Shown here: in pieces, positions 8,714-17,807 of the stretch | Layout: each line of letters starts with the position of its first letter | Position numbering within the stretch: the first letter of the stretch is position 1 | IMG/VR virus record: IMGVR_UViG_3300037419_001463 | Span: 1 to 54,463 of that record | DNA from: a virus | DNA length: 54,463 nt | Strand: one strand, 5' to 3' | The notes under the pieces: generated by a model | What the model saw: only the letters and a program-made list of their open reading frames with translations | The model's database searches: none | What the model was told of the DNA's origin: nothing | Translations under genes and position numbers: made by a program

Positions 8714-10067
8714 TGTCGTCTCCCTTCAGCGAGTCGAGGAAGGCCTGCGCCTCCTGCTTGAATGCGGTGATCTTGCGGACCTTCCGAGGACCAGCCGGCG
8801 TAGAGACCGACTTCCTCTCGGTGTGGAGCAGCGGCTGGAACAAGGCCTGGACGTCGGGCTCGGCCCACGTGCCCAGGTCGTTCTCCTTCAGCCGCCATGA
8901 GTGGAACTTCTGGATCAGCGTGGTCATCGGCTCGCCGATCAACCCCACTGCACCCATCGCGTCGGTCTCCTCCATCCACTTGAGGAACTGCAGACCGAGG
9001 CTGTTGCTGTACATCTGCTCGAGCTGGAGCTCGATCGCCTTGGTGGTCGGCGCCAGCCTGGTAGCCAGCTCGTCCTCCGGTACGTAGCGGTCGATGAGCA
9101 GAGCCATGAACGCACCGAGTGCTTCCTCGGTCAGCATCGACTTCTCGAACTTGTGGTCGAGTGAGTAGACGTTCGGGAACTGGAAGCGGACCAGCCGCTT
9201 CTGCAGTGCCGTCGACTTGTCGTGCGTCTTCGGCTCCCGGTTCAGGCCCTCGATGAACAGGGCGTTGGTCTGCACAGGTGTGGCCGTCGACTCATAGAGC
9301 CGGCGGATCGGCACCTGCTCGCCCGCGACCAGTGACTTCTCGTAGCCGGAGTCCTTGAGGTACTCGGCCCGACCGTCGTAGACGATGTTGAGCAGCTTGC
9401 CGTTGAGCTCGGTGACCACCGGGTTCCCCTCGGCCATCGCCTGCCTGGTGACGTTAGAGACGTTGTCCGCACCGAACAGTGCGTGCAGCATCTTCAGCAT
9501 CACCGACTTGCCGTTGCGCCCCTCCCCCAGCAGCAGCACGTACTTCACTGCAGACCAGCCAGGGGCCAGGCTGGTAGCCAGGTGGCTGAGCAGCGACTCG
9601 GCCTCCTCATCGGAGTTGAGCCAGCCGGAGATCACGTCGAAGACGCGGCCCTTCTCGACCGGGTCGTCGCTGAGCATCGGCACCAACGTGTTGGGCCTGA
9701 ACTCCCTCGACGCCTCGACCAGCGCGCCGGTCTCATCGAGCTCGCGCAGTCCATCACTGGTCCGCACGAGCAGCGTGGAGGCCGCCTTGTCGATCTGGAT
9801 GGCGGTCTGCGCCACCATGAAGTCGAAGGACGAGAGCTCGCCGTCGGTGCTGAACAGCGTGTCGAAGTGATATGCCGCGAGTCGCCTGATCTTGTCCCGG
9901 TTCAGGGGCAGCCAGATGGTACGGTCGATGTCGGGTGAGACCAGGGTCTCCCGAGTCTCGAAGTCGGCAGGGATGTAGGTGATGCTTCGGTACCGCACCA
10001 GATTGAAGCTCTTGGCCAGCGTGAACGCTTCCTTTGCCAGGGTCTGCTTGGTCTTGAGCTCGAGCAC
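8658..10067 (-). CDS. D5/P4-type SF3 DNA helicase (NTPase)
   Basis: GTG 10067 preceded by GAGAGGAGG. Walker A LLLGEGRNGKSVM. 469 aa. Adjacent to the AEP primase. Confidence 0.75.
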   Translation of the reverse strand: MLELKTKQTLAKEAFTLAKSFNLVRYRSITYIPADFETRETLVSPDIDRTIWLPLNRDKIRRLAAYHFDTLFSTDGELSSFDFMVAQTAIQIDKAASTLLVRTSDGLRELDETGALVEASREFRPNTLVPMLSDDPVEKGRVFDVISGWLNSDEEAESLLSHLATSLAPGWSAVKYVLLLGEGRNGKSVMLKMLHALFGADNVSNVTRQAMAEGNPVVTELNGKLLNIVYDGRAEYLKDSGYEKSLVAGEQVPIRRLYESTATPVQTNALFIEGLNREPKTHDKSTALQKRLVRFQFPNVYSLDHKFEKSMLTEEALGAFMALLIDRYVPEDELATRLAPTTKAIELQLEQMYSNSLGLQFLKWMEETDAMGAVGLIGEPMTTLIQKFHSWRLKENDLGTWAEPDVQALFQPLLHTERKSVSTPAGPRKVRKITAFKQEAQAFLDSLKGDDSAGIGSSDAAILDALVED

Positions 10068-10089
10068 AGGTACCTCCTCTCTGTCCTTG

Positions 10090-10130
10090 GAACGGGCGGA
10101 GCCGAGATGGGAACTCGGCCCCGCCCGTTC
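10090..10130 (-). terminator. strong intergenic hairpin (17-bp stem with 1 mismatch, 7-nt loop), no U-tract
   Basis: Arms GAACGGGCGGAGCCGAG and CTCGGCCCCGCCCGTTC, lying between the stop at 10138 and the start at 10067. Confidence 0.4.
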
Positions 10131-10137
10131 TGGTGTC

Positions 10138-10272
10138 TCACGCCTGCTGCAGCTCTTGCTGCTGAAGGAGCTCGACCTGTCGCATGATCCGTTCCCGCTT
10201 CCGATCGGAGAGATCGGGTCCGTCCAGCTGGTCCAGCAGTCGTGAGATCCGGGCGTCGACGTCCTCCGTCAT
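10138..10272 (-). CDS. hypothetical coiled-coil mini-protein (44 aa)
   Basis: Internal ATG 10272 preceded by GGAAGGAGGG. The longer 111-aa track ORF has an Arg-rich, non-coding-looking N-terminus. Confidence 0.5.
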   Translation of the reverse strand: MTEDVDARISRLLDQLDGPDLSDRKRERIMRQVELLQQQELQQA

Positions 10273-10340
10273 CAGCCCTCCTTCCTTTCCCGAGGCAACG
10301 GCAGGGTGCCGAAGCCCTCCCCCGGGTCTCGGGTCGGAAG

Positions 10341-11546
10341 TCACGTGAGCACCAATCGGTGCACCTGCTTGCAGCTGGCGTCTCCGCCCTCGCCTCTCGG
10401 CATGATTCGTCCGACGAGCTGACGACGAAGGCTGTCGTCGTCGGTGTCGTCGAGGATGATGAGCTGGTCGCACACCTTGTCCAGCCCGTCGGTGCCTGTG
10501 GCCAGGCTCGCCGTGCCAACCAGGACATGCACCTTGCCGGCGCGGAACGCATCGAGTGCTTCCGCCTTCTTCTTCGCCGACGTGTCGCCGGTGACCACTG
10601 CATGATTCACCCGGTTCTTGTGAAGCGACGCGCTCAGTGCCAACGCCACGGTTGAGTGGGCGGCGAAAACGAGGGAAGGCGTCGTCGCAGCACCGACCAG
10701 ATCGGACAGGATCTCGTAGATGTGCTCCCTGATCATGCCGTAGTCATCGACCAGAGCAAGGCTGACACGCGCGTGCCGCTCCTCGATCTGGCTGGCGAAG
10801 AGCCGGTCGGCCCTCCGGTTCAGGCCGTACTTCTCGGCCTCGGTCGGCCACATCGACAGGACAGGGATGTCCATGATCTGGTAGGCCAGGTCGTCCGGCA
10901 GGTAGTACACGCCGGGCAACGTGGCCAGATACTGAGCGGCCGCGTCGTCCCCGCTGAAGTTGCGGAACCCGAGCACCTTCGGCTCCTGCGCGAACGGGTT
11001 GGCCTCGGTCAGGCAGTGCTGGTAGAGGAACTCCAGGTAGCCGCCCCTGCAGCTGAACGGGTCGAGTACGTGCTGGATGCAGTACACCCGCTCCGCGTCG
11101 TTGTAGTTCGGCGTTGCGCTGGCGATGATCAACGGCGCCTGCAGGTGCCGGGCCAGGGTGTCCATCTTCTTCCAGCCCTGGCCCTTGTGCCCGCCGAGCA
11201 GGTGGAACTCGTCGGCGATGATCGCCTCGGTCCTGCTCAGCTTGGTGTTCTTCATCCGGAACTTGGCGTGCGACATCGGGTCGACGGTCACCCCGAACTT
11301 CGCCGCCGCCTGACGCCACTGGCTGTGGGTCGACGGCGGTGCGATCACCACGGCCTGCGTGTGGCCGGCCTGGCGGACCGCACCGAGGGCGGTGAAGCTC
11401 TTGCCCGCCCCGGTCTTGAAGTGCAGCAGAGCACGCAGCGGTGCAGGCTGAGAGGCCATCCCGACCAGGGCATCCCACTGGTAGTCGAACCACCGGATCC
11501 CGGCCGTGGCCGAGAAGTCGTTCAACTCCTCGAGCACGGCCGTCAC
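10341..11546 (-). CDS. SF2 (DEAD/DExH-type) helicase (401 aa)
   Basis: GTG 11546 overlaps the upstream stop (GTGA). Motif I FKTGAGKS, motif II ADEFH, motif III ASATP, motif VI QLVGRIMPRG. Confidence 0.75.
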   Translation of the reverse strand: MTAVLEELNDFSATAGIRWFDYQWDALVGMASQPAPLRALLHFKTGAGKSFTALGAVRQAGHTQAVVIAPPSTHSQWRQAAAKFGVTVDPMSHAKFRMKNTKLSRTEAIIADEFHLLGGHKGQGWKKMDTLARHLQAPLIIASATPNYNDAERVYCIQHVLDPFSCRGGYLEFLYQHCLTEANPFAQEPKVLGFRNFSGDDAAAQYLATLPGVYYLPDDLAYQIMDIPVLSMWPTEAEKYGLNRRADRLFASQIEERHARVSLALVDDYGMIREHIYEILSDLVGAATTPSLVFAAHSTVALALSASLHKNRVNHAVVTGDTSAKKKAEALDAFRAGKVHVLVGTASLATGTDGLDKVCDQLIILDDTDDDSLRRQLVGRIMPRGEGGDASCKQVHRLVLT

Positions 11547-11821
11547 GCTGCCACCGCCGCGACGAAGGCTACCGCCTTGGCCCGCTGGACCAGGTAGTCG
11601 ATGACTCCCCGGTTGTTGAGCGGGATCTCGGGCTGCATCTTCAGCCAGGCCACGAGCTCGTCGTGCGGCATGGTGGCCGCCGCCTCCTCGGTCATGATGT
11701 AGCCGGCTGTGTTCTTCACCAGGCCCCGAATACGGTCGAGGTAGTGCACCTCGCCGAAGGCCCAGCGCTTCTCCCAGCGACCGTCGATGGTGGGGTTCCA
11801 CTCGAAGTACTTGCGCTCCAT
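11543..11821 (-). CDS. hypothetical protein (92 aa)
   Basis: ORF track; tightly packed between the HD gene and the helicase. Confidence 0.6.
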   Translation of the reverse strand: MERKYFEWNPTIDGRWEKRWAFGEVHYLDRIRGLVKNTAGYIMTEEAAATMPHDELVAWLKMQPEIPLNNRGVIDYLVQRAKAVAFVAAVAA

Positions 11822-12375
11822 CAGAGCACCGCCGTCCTGAGCAGCGCCTCGAGCCGCGAGAGGTACGCCTGCTCTGCCGACTGTGGCTTCCAGCAGGCGA
11901 TCGGAACACCCAGCGGCAGAAGGCCGTCGACGGCCCAGGCCGCCGGCGTACCGTCGAACAGCGCCTCGCGCTCGTCGAGGAGGATCCGGTTGTCCGCGGC
12001 CTTGACCTCGTCCACCATGATCTCGCCTTCGACGCCGAACCGCTCGGCGATCAGCGGCATCAGCTTGTCCTCGACCACGACGAAGTCAGGCATGTGCCGC
12101 TTCAGCGGCCGCACCATGTCTCCGATGTAGGCCTCGGTGGCGTCGTGCAGTAGCGCGCGCAGTGCGTTCTCCTGCGAGACGAACATGCTCATCAGCACGC
12201 AGTGCTCAGCCACCGAGTAGAACTTGTTGCAGTGGCCGTTGTACCTGCACTGCAGGGACAGCGCATGCGCGATGTCGAGCGGGTCGATGTCTTCGACCAG
12301 CGGGGCGAGCGGGTAGAACTGCCGACCCGTGAAGGTCTGCATCCAGCTGCCGCGTTCCCACGTCTCCGTCATCAC
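11821..12375 (-). CDS. HD-domain phosphohydrolase (YfbR-like 5-prime-deoxynucleotidase pattern)
   Basis: SVAEHC ... LLHDATEAYIGD matches the H..HD..D metal ligands. 184 aa. Confidence 0.7.
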   Translation of the reverse strand: MMTETWERGSWMQTFTGRQFYPLAPLVEDIDPLDIAHALSLQCRYNGHCNKFYSVAEHCVLMSMFVSQENALRALLHDATEAYIGDMVRPLKRHMPDFVVVEDKLMPLIAERFGVEGEIMVDEVKAADNRILLDEREALFDGTPAAWAVDGLLPLGVPIACWKPQSAEQAYLSRLEALLRTAVL

Positions 12376-12797
12376 GCACCTGCCTCATCGAGCGGCCGGA
12401 CGAACCGGTCGTCGTAGTCGGGCAGCCGCTCCATGAACTCGAGCAGCGCCATCGCGTGGAAGATCACCGAGGTCAGGTGCGGTAGCCCCGTCTCGGTGTC
12501 GTTGTCCTCGCCGGCCCAGAACTGGGTGGCGTGCCGCATCATGGCGGCGTAGGACTTGGACCACTCGTAGCCGCGGCGCCAGTTGTGGTCCGCGTACTTC
12601 TCGGCTCCCCGGCCGTAGAGCTCGGCGACCTTGGTCAGCGGGCCGACCGGGATCAGGTCGAACCGTGCGGGCTTGACACCCTTCTCTCCGCCCGTAGCGG
12701 AGACGGTGCGCACCTCGTCGGTGTGGACCGAGGTGAGCCCGGGCATGGCGTACGGCGCAGCGCCGTCGATGGTCTCTGGCTTGAGCATGGTTGTCAC
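12372..12797 (-). CDS. all-alpha dATP/dGTP pyrophosphohydrolase-like protein (MazG-related)
   Basis: KPARFDLIP...AELYGRGAEKYADHNWRRGYEWS...MRHATQFWAGEDND.ETGLPHL resembles the phage dNTP diphosphohydrolase N-domain pattern, recalled from memory. Confidence 0.55.
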   Translation of the reverse strand: MTTMLKPETIDGAAPYAMPGLTSVHTDEVRTVSATGGEKGVKPARFDLIPVGPLTKVAELYGRGAEKYADHNWRRGYEWSKSYAAMMRHATQFWAGEDNDTETGLPHLTSVIFHAMALLEFMERLPDYDDRFVRPLDEAGA

Positions 12798-12823
12798 TTT
12801 CTGTTGGTGTGGTGGTGGAGAGA

Positions 12824-13090
12824 TCAGGCCGTGGCCCGGGCTGCTGCCTTGGCTTCACGACGTAGCAGCTGTGCCCGCTCGGAGGCGGTCATGCCACCGA
12901 GCACGCACGGCTGCACGCTGCCGGTGCGACGCTCGAACCGCAGCGTCGAGGCCAGGCAGTCGTCACGCTCGGGGCACAGGCCGCAGAGCTTCTTGGCCAG
13001 CTGCTCCGGCGTGCTGTTCTTCTTCCCGAACCAGGTGTCCGGGTTGTTGTTGTGCGGCTTGCAGGGCACGTCACCGTCAGTGATGTACAC
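12824..13090 (-). CDS. whiB: WhiB-family iron-sulfur transcription factor
   Basis: Four Cys including CGLCPERDDC, a VLGGMT turn and a basic C-terminus. 88 aa. GTG start overlapping the RuvC gene. Confidence 0.75.
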   Translation of the reverse strand: MYITDGDVPCKPHNNNPDTWFGKKNSTPEQLAKKLCGLCPERDDCLASTLRFERRTGSVQPCVLGGMTASERAQLLRREAKAAARATA

Positions 13091-13580
13091 GCCAGCCCCG
13101 TCCCTCGAGGTTGTCCTTGACCACCTCGGTCAGCAGCCGGTTCAGCTCCTGGTGCTTGAGCATCCCGAGCAGCGCGATCCGCGCGGCCGAGCGCAGGTCC
13201 TGGTGGTGCGTGGTGGTGGAGAACTTCCACACACCGAGCAGCTCCATGAGCGGCTGGCGCACCACCTTCTTGACCCCGGTGTTGTTGAGCACCGTGCCGC
13301 GGGTCTCGCGCCTCATGTCGGCTACGGCGGCCAGCATCTTCGGGTCGGTACCGAAGTGGGACCGAGGCTTGTAGTCCTCGATCCAGATGAACGGTTGGGG
13401 CAGAACGCCCAGCCCGAGGATGGCGCTGCTCTTGATCCATTGGCCAACTGCGTAAGCGTTGGGCCCGGTGATCGCCTCGTGCTGGAGCAGCACCTCTCGG
13501 TGCCGAGGCACGAAGACGAACCGAACCACGCCGGTGTGGACCAGGCCTGGGTCCACCCCGATGACGTGGGTAGTCTGCAT
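13077..13580 (-). CDS. RuvC-like Holliday junction resolvase
   Basis: Motifs IGVDPG, WIEDY and HHQDLRSAARIAL, in the order expected for the RuvC fold. Confidence 0.7.
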   Translation of the reverse strand: MQTTHVIGVDPGLVHTGVVRFVFVPRHREVLLQHEAITGPNAYAVGQWIKSSAILGLGVLPQPFIWIEDYKPRSHFGTDPKMLAAVADMRRETRGTVLNNTGVKKVVRQPLMELLGVWKFSTTTHHQDLRSAARIALLGMLKHQELNRLLTEVVKDNLEGRGWRVHH

Positions 13581-13660
13581 TCTGTGTTCCCTTCTCGAAC
13601 ACGTGGATCCAGCCGGCGACCTTGTGTAGTGGTCGCCGGCTGGATCTGTGAGAGGTATGA

Positions 13661-15802
13661 CTACTTGGTGTAGCGGTAGTCGTCCTTGATCTCGGCCGCG
13701 AGCGGGAAGCTCTGGAACGGACCGGGATCGGACATCATCTTGCCGAGCTGCAGCTTGGCCTCAGGCAGGCTGAGCGCAGCAACGGTTGGTTGCCAGTCTG
13801 CCACGATCTCATCGTGGAACTGACCGACGAGCTCGATGTTGCTGTGCCACTTGGCCCACTCGTGGACCTGGCGCAGCACCATGAAGAACAGCTCGCGGCA
13901 GAGAGACTGGGTCAGGATCCCTGCCAGCTTCCCGCCGTAGATCTGGTAGAACCTGATCTGCTTTGTCTTCTGATCCCGGTAGTTGTTCTTCCACAGGTCA
14001 CCCGTCTTGCGGTCGCTCGGCTTGTAGTAGCAGATGTTGCGACCTCGGACGTACACCCCGTGGAAGTACCGACGTAGCACAGCAGTGCCAGTCGAGTCGA
14101 CCACCCAGATCGCCAGTGTCTGAGCGTTCGGGTGCTGGCGTTGCAACGACTTGGGCGATGGGACCAGGTGCATCTTCAGCACAAAGCCGTCCGGCCAGGC
14201 GAGCCGGTCGACCGTGAGCTTGCCCTCGACTACGTCATGGAGCATGCGATCGAGGTCAGCCCAGTAGTCAACGATCTTCGGGTTGGAATCCCGCCAGTCG
14301 TAGACGACCTTCGCCGCCTCGGCTTCGGTCAGCTTCACACCCATGCCGGCTGCGAAGTTGCCGACCGCGTCGGCGCCCGCCTGATACCCACAGGACAGCT
14401 CACCCACCTTGCCGAACAGACGCTGGTCCTTGGTGACCACGTCGTACGGCGTGCTGAACTGGCGGCTGGCTGCGACCTTGTACAGGTCCTTGCCCTGGCG
14501 GAAGGCCTCGAGCTTCCAGTCCTCCCCTGCCTGCCAGGCCAGGCCTCGGGCCTCGACCGAGCTGAAGTCACCAACGATCAGTGACCCCTGCGGGTGGCTG
14601 GCGGTGAAGCACTGGCGCAGGTTGCGCGCCAGCTGCTCGTTGTCCCAGTCGACGTCGACCTCGTGGAGTTCCTCCACATCGTCGATCTCCGCACCCAACC
14701 GCTTGAGGTTCTGCATCTGAACCGACCGCCCTGTGGTGCGCAGCGTCTGCGCCGCACCGCAGTGCAGGTACTGGTCCTTCAACCGGTGGGTGCCGTCGCC
14801 CATGTCGAGCGCCGTGTCGAGGATGACCTTCAGCTTCTTCAGACTGGAGCCACCGAGAATCTGCTTGGTGCGCAGGAGATCGGCCACCGCGATGTAGTTG
14901 CTGATCTGATCGGTGGTCAGATTGGCTGAGTTCTCCAGCTTCTTCTTGATGGCTGCGAGGTAGCGAGTCACGTGCGCTTCGTCGAAGCTCGTGGCCTTGA
15001 CTCCACGCGCAGCACACCACTCCTTCATCTGCTTCAGGCTGTTGAGGTTGAAGTCGTACTCCAGGGTCTTGGGGTTGAGCTTCACCCCGTACCTGGCACG
15101 GAACTCGGCCAGCGCCTGGTCCTGGTTCTCCAGGTAGCGGCGCTGCATCTCCTCTACCAGCGGGATGTCCACGCACCAGCCGGTGCGGTTCATGTCCATG
15201 GTGATCGCGGCGTAGCCGAGCTCGCTGGTGGTGAGCCCAATCTCGTTCTGCTCGACGATGGTCAAGCTGAGCTCAGCGTCGAGCTCGCAGTACTCACAGA
15301 ACTTCGCCCACTCTTGCGGGTGGTCATCGATCACCTGCGGGTCGAAGGCCGGAGACCCGCTGTCCTCCTGGTACTTGCCCGGGATGGAGAACAGCTTGAT
15401 CAGGTCCTTGCCCTCCTCCATCTTGTTGATGTTCAGCAGCTGTGGTGCTGCAGCCTCCAGCCTCGACGCAGCGCCGGCGGCACGTGCCACCACTGCCGAG
15501 TCGATGAACCGACTGGACGGGTACTCCAGCCCCAGGTGGTCGAGCACCGCCTGCTCGAACGGCGCGTTGTGCGCCACGATGTAGCGCATTGCGAGCACCC
15601 CCTCGAGGTCACGCCTCGAGGCACGCCGGTCGGAGACGAAGTCGAACGTCCGCTTCACCAGACTGCCCTGACCTTGTGGCCGCCAGGCCACACTGCCGAT
15701 CAACGGCTGGAACGTCTTGTGCTGGGTGTACCTGGCCAACCCATGAGTGGGCAGGTCCTCGGCACCGTAGGTCTCGAAGTCGAGACCGATGTACTCGGGC
15801 AT
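13661..15802 (-). CDS. family A DNA polymerase with 3-5 exonuclease domain
   Basis: Exo I IGLDFETYG, motif A DFSSVEARGLAW, motif B RLFGKVGELSCGYQAG, motif C GQFHDEIV. 713 aa. Confidence 0.9.
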   Translation of the reverse strand: MPEYIGLDFETYGAEDLPTHGLARYTQHKTFQPLIGSVAWRPQGQGSLVKRTFDFVSDRRASRRDLEGVLAMRYIVAHNAPFEQAVLDHLGLEYPSSRFIDSAVVARAAGAASRLEAAAPQLLNINKMEEGKDLIKLFSIPGKYQEDSGSPAFDPQVIDDHPQEWAKFCEYCELDAELSLTIVEQNEIGLTTSELGYAAITMDMNRTGWCVDIPLVEEMQRRYLENQDQALAEFRARYGVKLNPKTLEYDFNLNSLKQMKEWCAARGVKATSFDEAHVTRYLAAIKKKLENSANLTTDQISNYIAVADLLRTKQILGGSSLKKLKVILDTALDMGDGTHRLKDQYLHCGAAQTLRTTGRSVQMQNLKRLGAEIDDVEELHEVDVDWDNEQLARNLRQCFTASHPQGSLIVGDFSSVEARGLAWQAGEDWKLEAFRQGKDLYKVAASRQFSTPYDVVTKDQRLFGKVGELSCGYQAGADAVGNFAAGMGVKLTEAEAAKVVYDWRDSNPKIVDYWADLDRMLHDVVEGKLTVDRLAWPDGFVLKMHLVPSPKSLQRQHPNAQTLAIWVVDSTGTAVLRRYFHGVYVRGRNICYYKPSDRKTGDLWKNNYRDQKTKQIRFYQIYGGKLAGILTQSLCRELFFMVLRQVHEWAKWHSNIELVGQFHDEIVADWQPTVAALSLPEAKLQLGKMMSDPGPFQSFPLAAEIKDDYRYTK

Positions 15803-15813
15803 CTGCCCTCCCT

Positions 15814-16530
15814 TCAGAGCGTGAGGATTGCGTCCTCGTCGGTGTGGTCCGGGTAGAACATCGACATCAGGACCGGGCAGAACGGCCGGCCCTTCAGCCC
15901 ACGTCCATGTGGGTTGGCAGCACAGAACGTGCAGTGGTCACCCGGCCCGAAGGTCGTGTCACCTGCTGCGATCGCCGCCTCGGTGGCGAGCGCGTCGGCC
16001 TTGAACTTGGCCAGCACGTTGGTGTCTGCGAACCACGAGTCGAAGTTGTCGATGGCCGGCTGCATCACGTGGAGCGTGACGCCCTTGGCCTTCGGTGCCA
16101 GGTCGGCGAAGGTCACCGCGTAGTACAGGAGCTGGGTGTTGTTCACCGCCGAGACTGGGATCTTTCCCCACTTCCCGTCGAGGATGTGCAGCTCGTCCTG
16201 GGTGGCGAGCGCGTAGTCGACGGTGGTCTTCGGCTTCGACTGAAGCCACTCGACCTCTCGTGTCTCCTCGACCAACACCGTGGTGAACCTGCGCAGCGCA
16301 CGCACGTCGGCCACGTACTCGAGGTACTTGATCAGCTGACGCTGCCGAGCAAGCGGCAGGTGCATGATCGGCTCGACAATCTCGTGCATCTTGGTGCCGT
16401 CGTTTGCGGCGTTGACCGCGGATGGGTCTTCGACTGGTGCAACCCAGTGCGGGATGGCTGCGCCCAGATCAGCCGATGCGTGGCAGGCCATGTGTCGGCC
16501 TGCCACGCTGGCGCTGAACCGCTCAGCCAT
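15814..16530 (-). CDS. PD-(D/E)xK nuclease, Cas4/DUF2800-like
   Basis: HILDGKWGK (D-x-K), QLLYY (QxxxY), C-terminal CTFCAANP...FCP plus an N-terminal Cys. ATG 16530 is preferred; TTG 16548 is an alternative. Confidence 0.55.
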   Translation of the reverse strand: MAERFSASVAGRHMACHASADLGAAIPHWVAPVEDPSAVNAANDGTKMHEIVEPIMHLPLARQRQLIKYLEYVADVRALRRFTTVLVEETREVEWLQSKPKTTVDYALATQDELHILDGKWGKIPVSAVNNTQLLYYAVTFADLAPKAKGVTLHVMQPAIDNFDSWFADTNVLAKFKADALATEAAIAAGDTTFGPGDHCTFCAANPHGRGLKGRPFCPVLMSMFYPDHTDEDAILTL

Positions 16531-16903
16531 TGCTCTTCTCACGAGCAACCAACTCGAACGGGAACTCGTCGGTCGGGTTGTCCTTGTTCACCGCCAGCAG
16601 CTGCATCAGCGGGAACGTGCGGCTGCGGATCTCGACGGACCAGGAGCCGAACCCGTCGGTCACGACGAGGACGTTCATGATGGGCTGCGCCTTGCGCAGC
16701 GTGTTGATCAGGCAGCCCTCGAAGTAGACGCCGGGCTTGACTGAAAGTGTGAAGGCCGTGTCGTCGGTGAACAGCAGGTTCACGTCCGGCACCGGGCCGT
16801 TGTCGTGCGTCGGTCGCACACCTCGGATGGTCTTGCCCTCGAGAGCAGCCAGCCATTCGGTGTCACTGATCGCGGAGGTGGGGTCCTGGATCTGCGTCGT
16901 CAT
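16523..16903 (-). CDS. hypothetical protein (126 aa)
   Basis: ORF track; preceded by the conserved CTCCACCA-GAGAAAG leader. Confidence 0.65.
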   Translation of the reverse strand: MTTQIQDPTSAISDTEWLAALEGKTIRGVRPTHDNGPVPDVNLLFTDDTAFTLSVKPGVYFEGCLINTLRKAQPIMNVLVVTDGFGSWSVEIRSRTFPLMQLLAVNKDNPTDEFPFELVAREKSNG

Positions 16904-16940
16904 GGAGCGTCTTCTTTCTCTGGTGGAGTTGCGTCCTGTC

Positions 16941-17016
16941 CTCCCCGCTTGGGGAGGCCCGGCCCACTCGGACGCATGAGTGGGCCGGGCCGGTCTTGCA
17001 CGGGCGTGCTAGGCCC
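16941..17016 (-). other. three consecutive intergenic hairpins, the last with a CTAGCAC loop
   Basis: 16941..16956 is CTCCCC/GGGGAG. 16956..16991 has a 14-bp stem. 17002..17016 is GGGC-CTAGCAC-GCCC in minus sense. Confidence 0.6.
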
Positions 17017-17019
17017 TGG

Positions 17020-17712
17020 TCAGTCGGCGAAGATCTCGTCCTCGTCGATGGACACGCCGCCGCCGAACCGCTCGTCGTCCGCCTTGAAGACGGCGACGCT
17101 GACGCCGGCGCTGAGGCCGACGCCCTTGCCCGGGTGGTAGACGTAGAAGTTCATCGTCACCGCCACCTGGGCACCGGGGTACATCGAGTGCACCGTCCGG
17201 TTGATGGGCCGGATCACCGGGAACGAGAGCAGGTCCGGCTCCGGCACGAGCAGCTCGTCCTCGTCGTTGACGATGGCCTTCTGCTCGATGTCGACACCTG
17301 CGTTGCCGAGCACCTTGACCGCGGCCACGCCGGCCGGCGCCATCTTGGCGGTCGACTCGGACAGCGGCTTGAACGGCAGGTTCAGCATGCCGGCGAAGTC
17401 CGGCGTCTCGATCTGGTTGATGAGCATGTCGGCCTCGGCCTGGGTGAGGATGTCCTTCTTCTCACCGGCGGCCTCGCGCGCCACGCACCAGCGGATGTAG
17501 TCGAGGGCCGCGGCCTTCACCTTGTCCAACTGGTGCTGCTCGACGACCAGCTCGAAGTAGGGCTTGGCCTCGGCCACGGACTTGGCCGGGTACTGCCCCT
17601 TCTGGCTGCGGTCGTAGGACTCCTGCGCCGTCCACACCGGCCAGCTCAGCCGGCCGTAGCAGGTGACGTTCTTGACCTTGGTGTTGCTCAGGTCGAGGGT
17701 TGCAGTGGTCAC
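17020..17712 (-). CDS. ssDNA-binding protein candidate (gp2.5/DUF2815-like) with acidic C-terminal tail
   Basis: GTG 17712 lies 9 nt after GAAAGGGG. C-terminus DEDEIFAD. Sits beside the PD-(D/E)xK nuclease and PolA, as in other phage replication modules. Confidence 0.45.
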   Translation of the reverse strand: MTTATLDLSNTKVKNVTCYGRLSWPVWTAQESYDRSQKGQYPAKSVAEAKPYFELVVEQHQLDKVKAAALDYIRWCVAREAAGEKKDILTQAEADMLINQIETPDFAGMLNLPFKPLSESTAKMAPAGVAAVKVLGNAGVDIEQKAIVNDEDELLVPEPDLLSFPVIRPINRTVHSMYPGAQVAVTMNFYVYHPGKGVGLSAGVSVAVFKADDERFGGGVSIDEDEIFAD

Positions 17713-17768
17713 AGGGGTGACCCCTTTCTGTTGGTGGAGAGTGCTGAAAATTTTTTCTGCTATCCCGG

Positions 17769-17805
17769 GTGTGGCCCCGCCTGCTTCCACCAGGCAGGGC
17801 CACAC
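17769..17805 (-). terminator. intergenic hairpin immediately after the vWA gene stop
   Basis: Arms GTGTGGCCC and GGGCCACAC plus an inner 5/6 stem, followed in minus sense by an A6T4 tract. Confidence 0.4.
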
Positions 17806-17807
17806 GA

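Noticed and set aside
11821-15802. A Z-base (2-aminoadenine) cluster, considered because HD (DatZ-like) and MazG-related (MazZ-like) genes sit near a family A polymerase.
   Set aside because: No PurZ/adenylosuccinate-synthetase-like ORF (GDEGKGK P-loop) was seen anywhere in the window, so the defining enzyme is missing.
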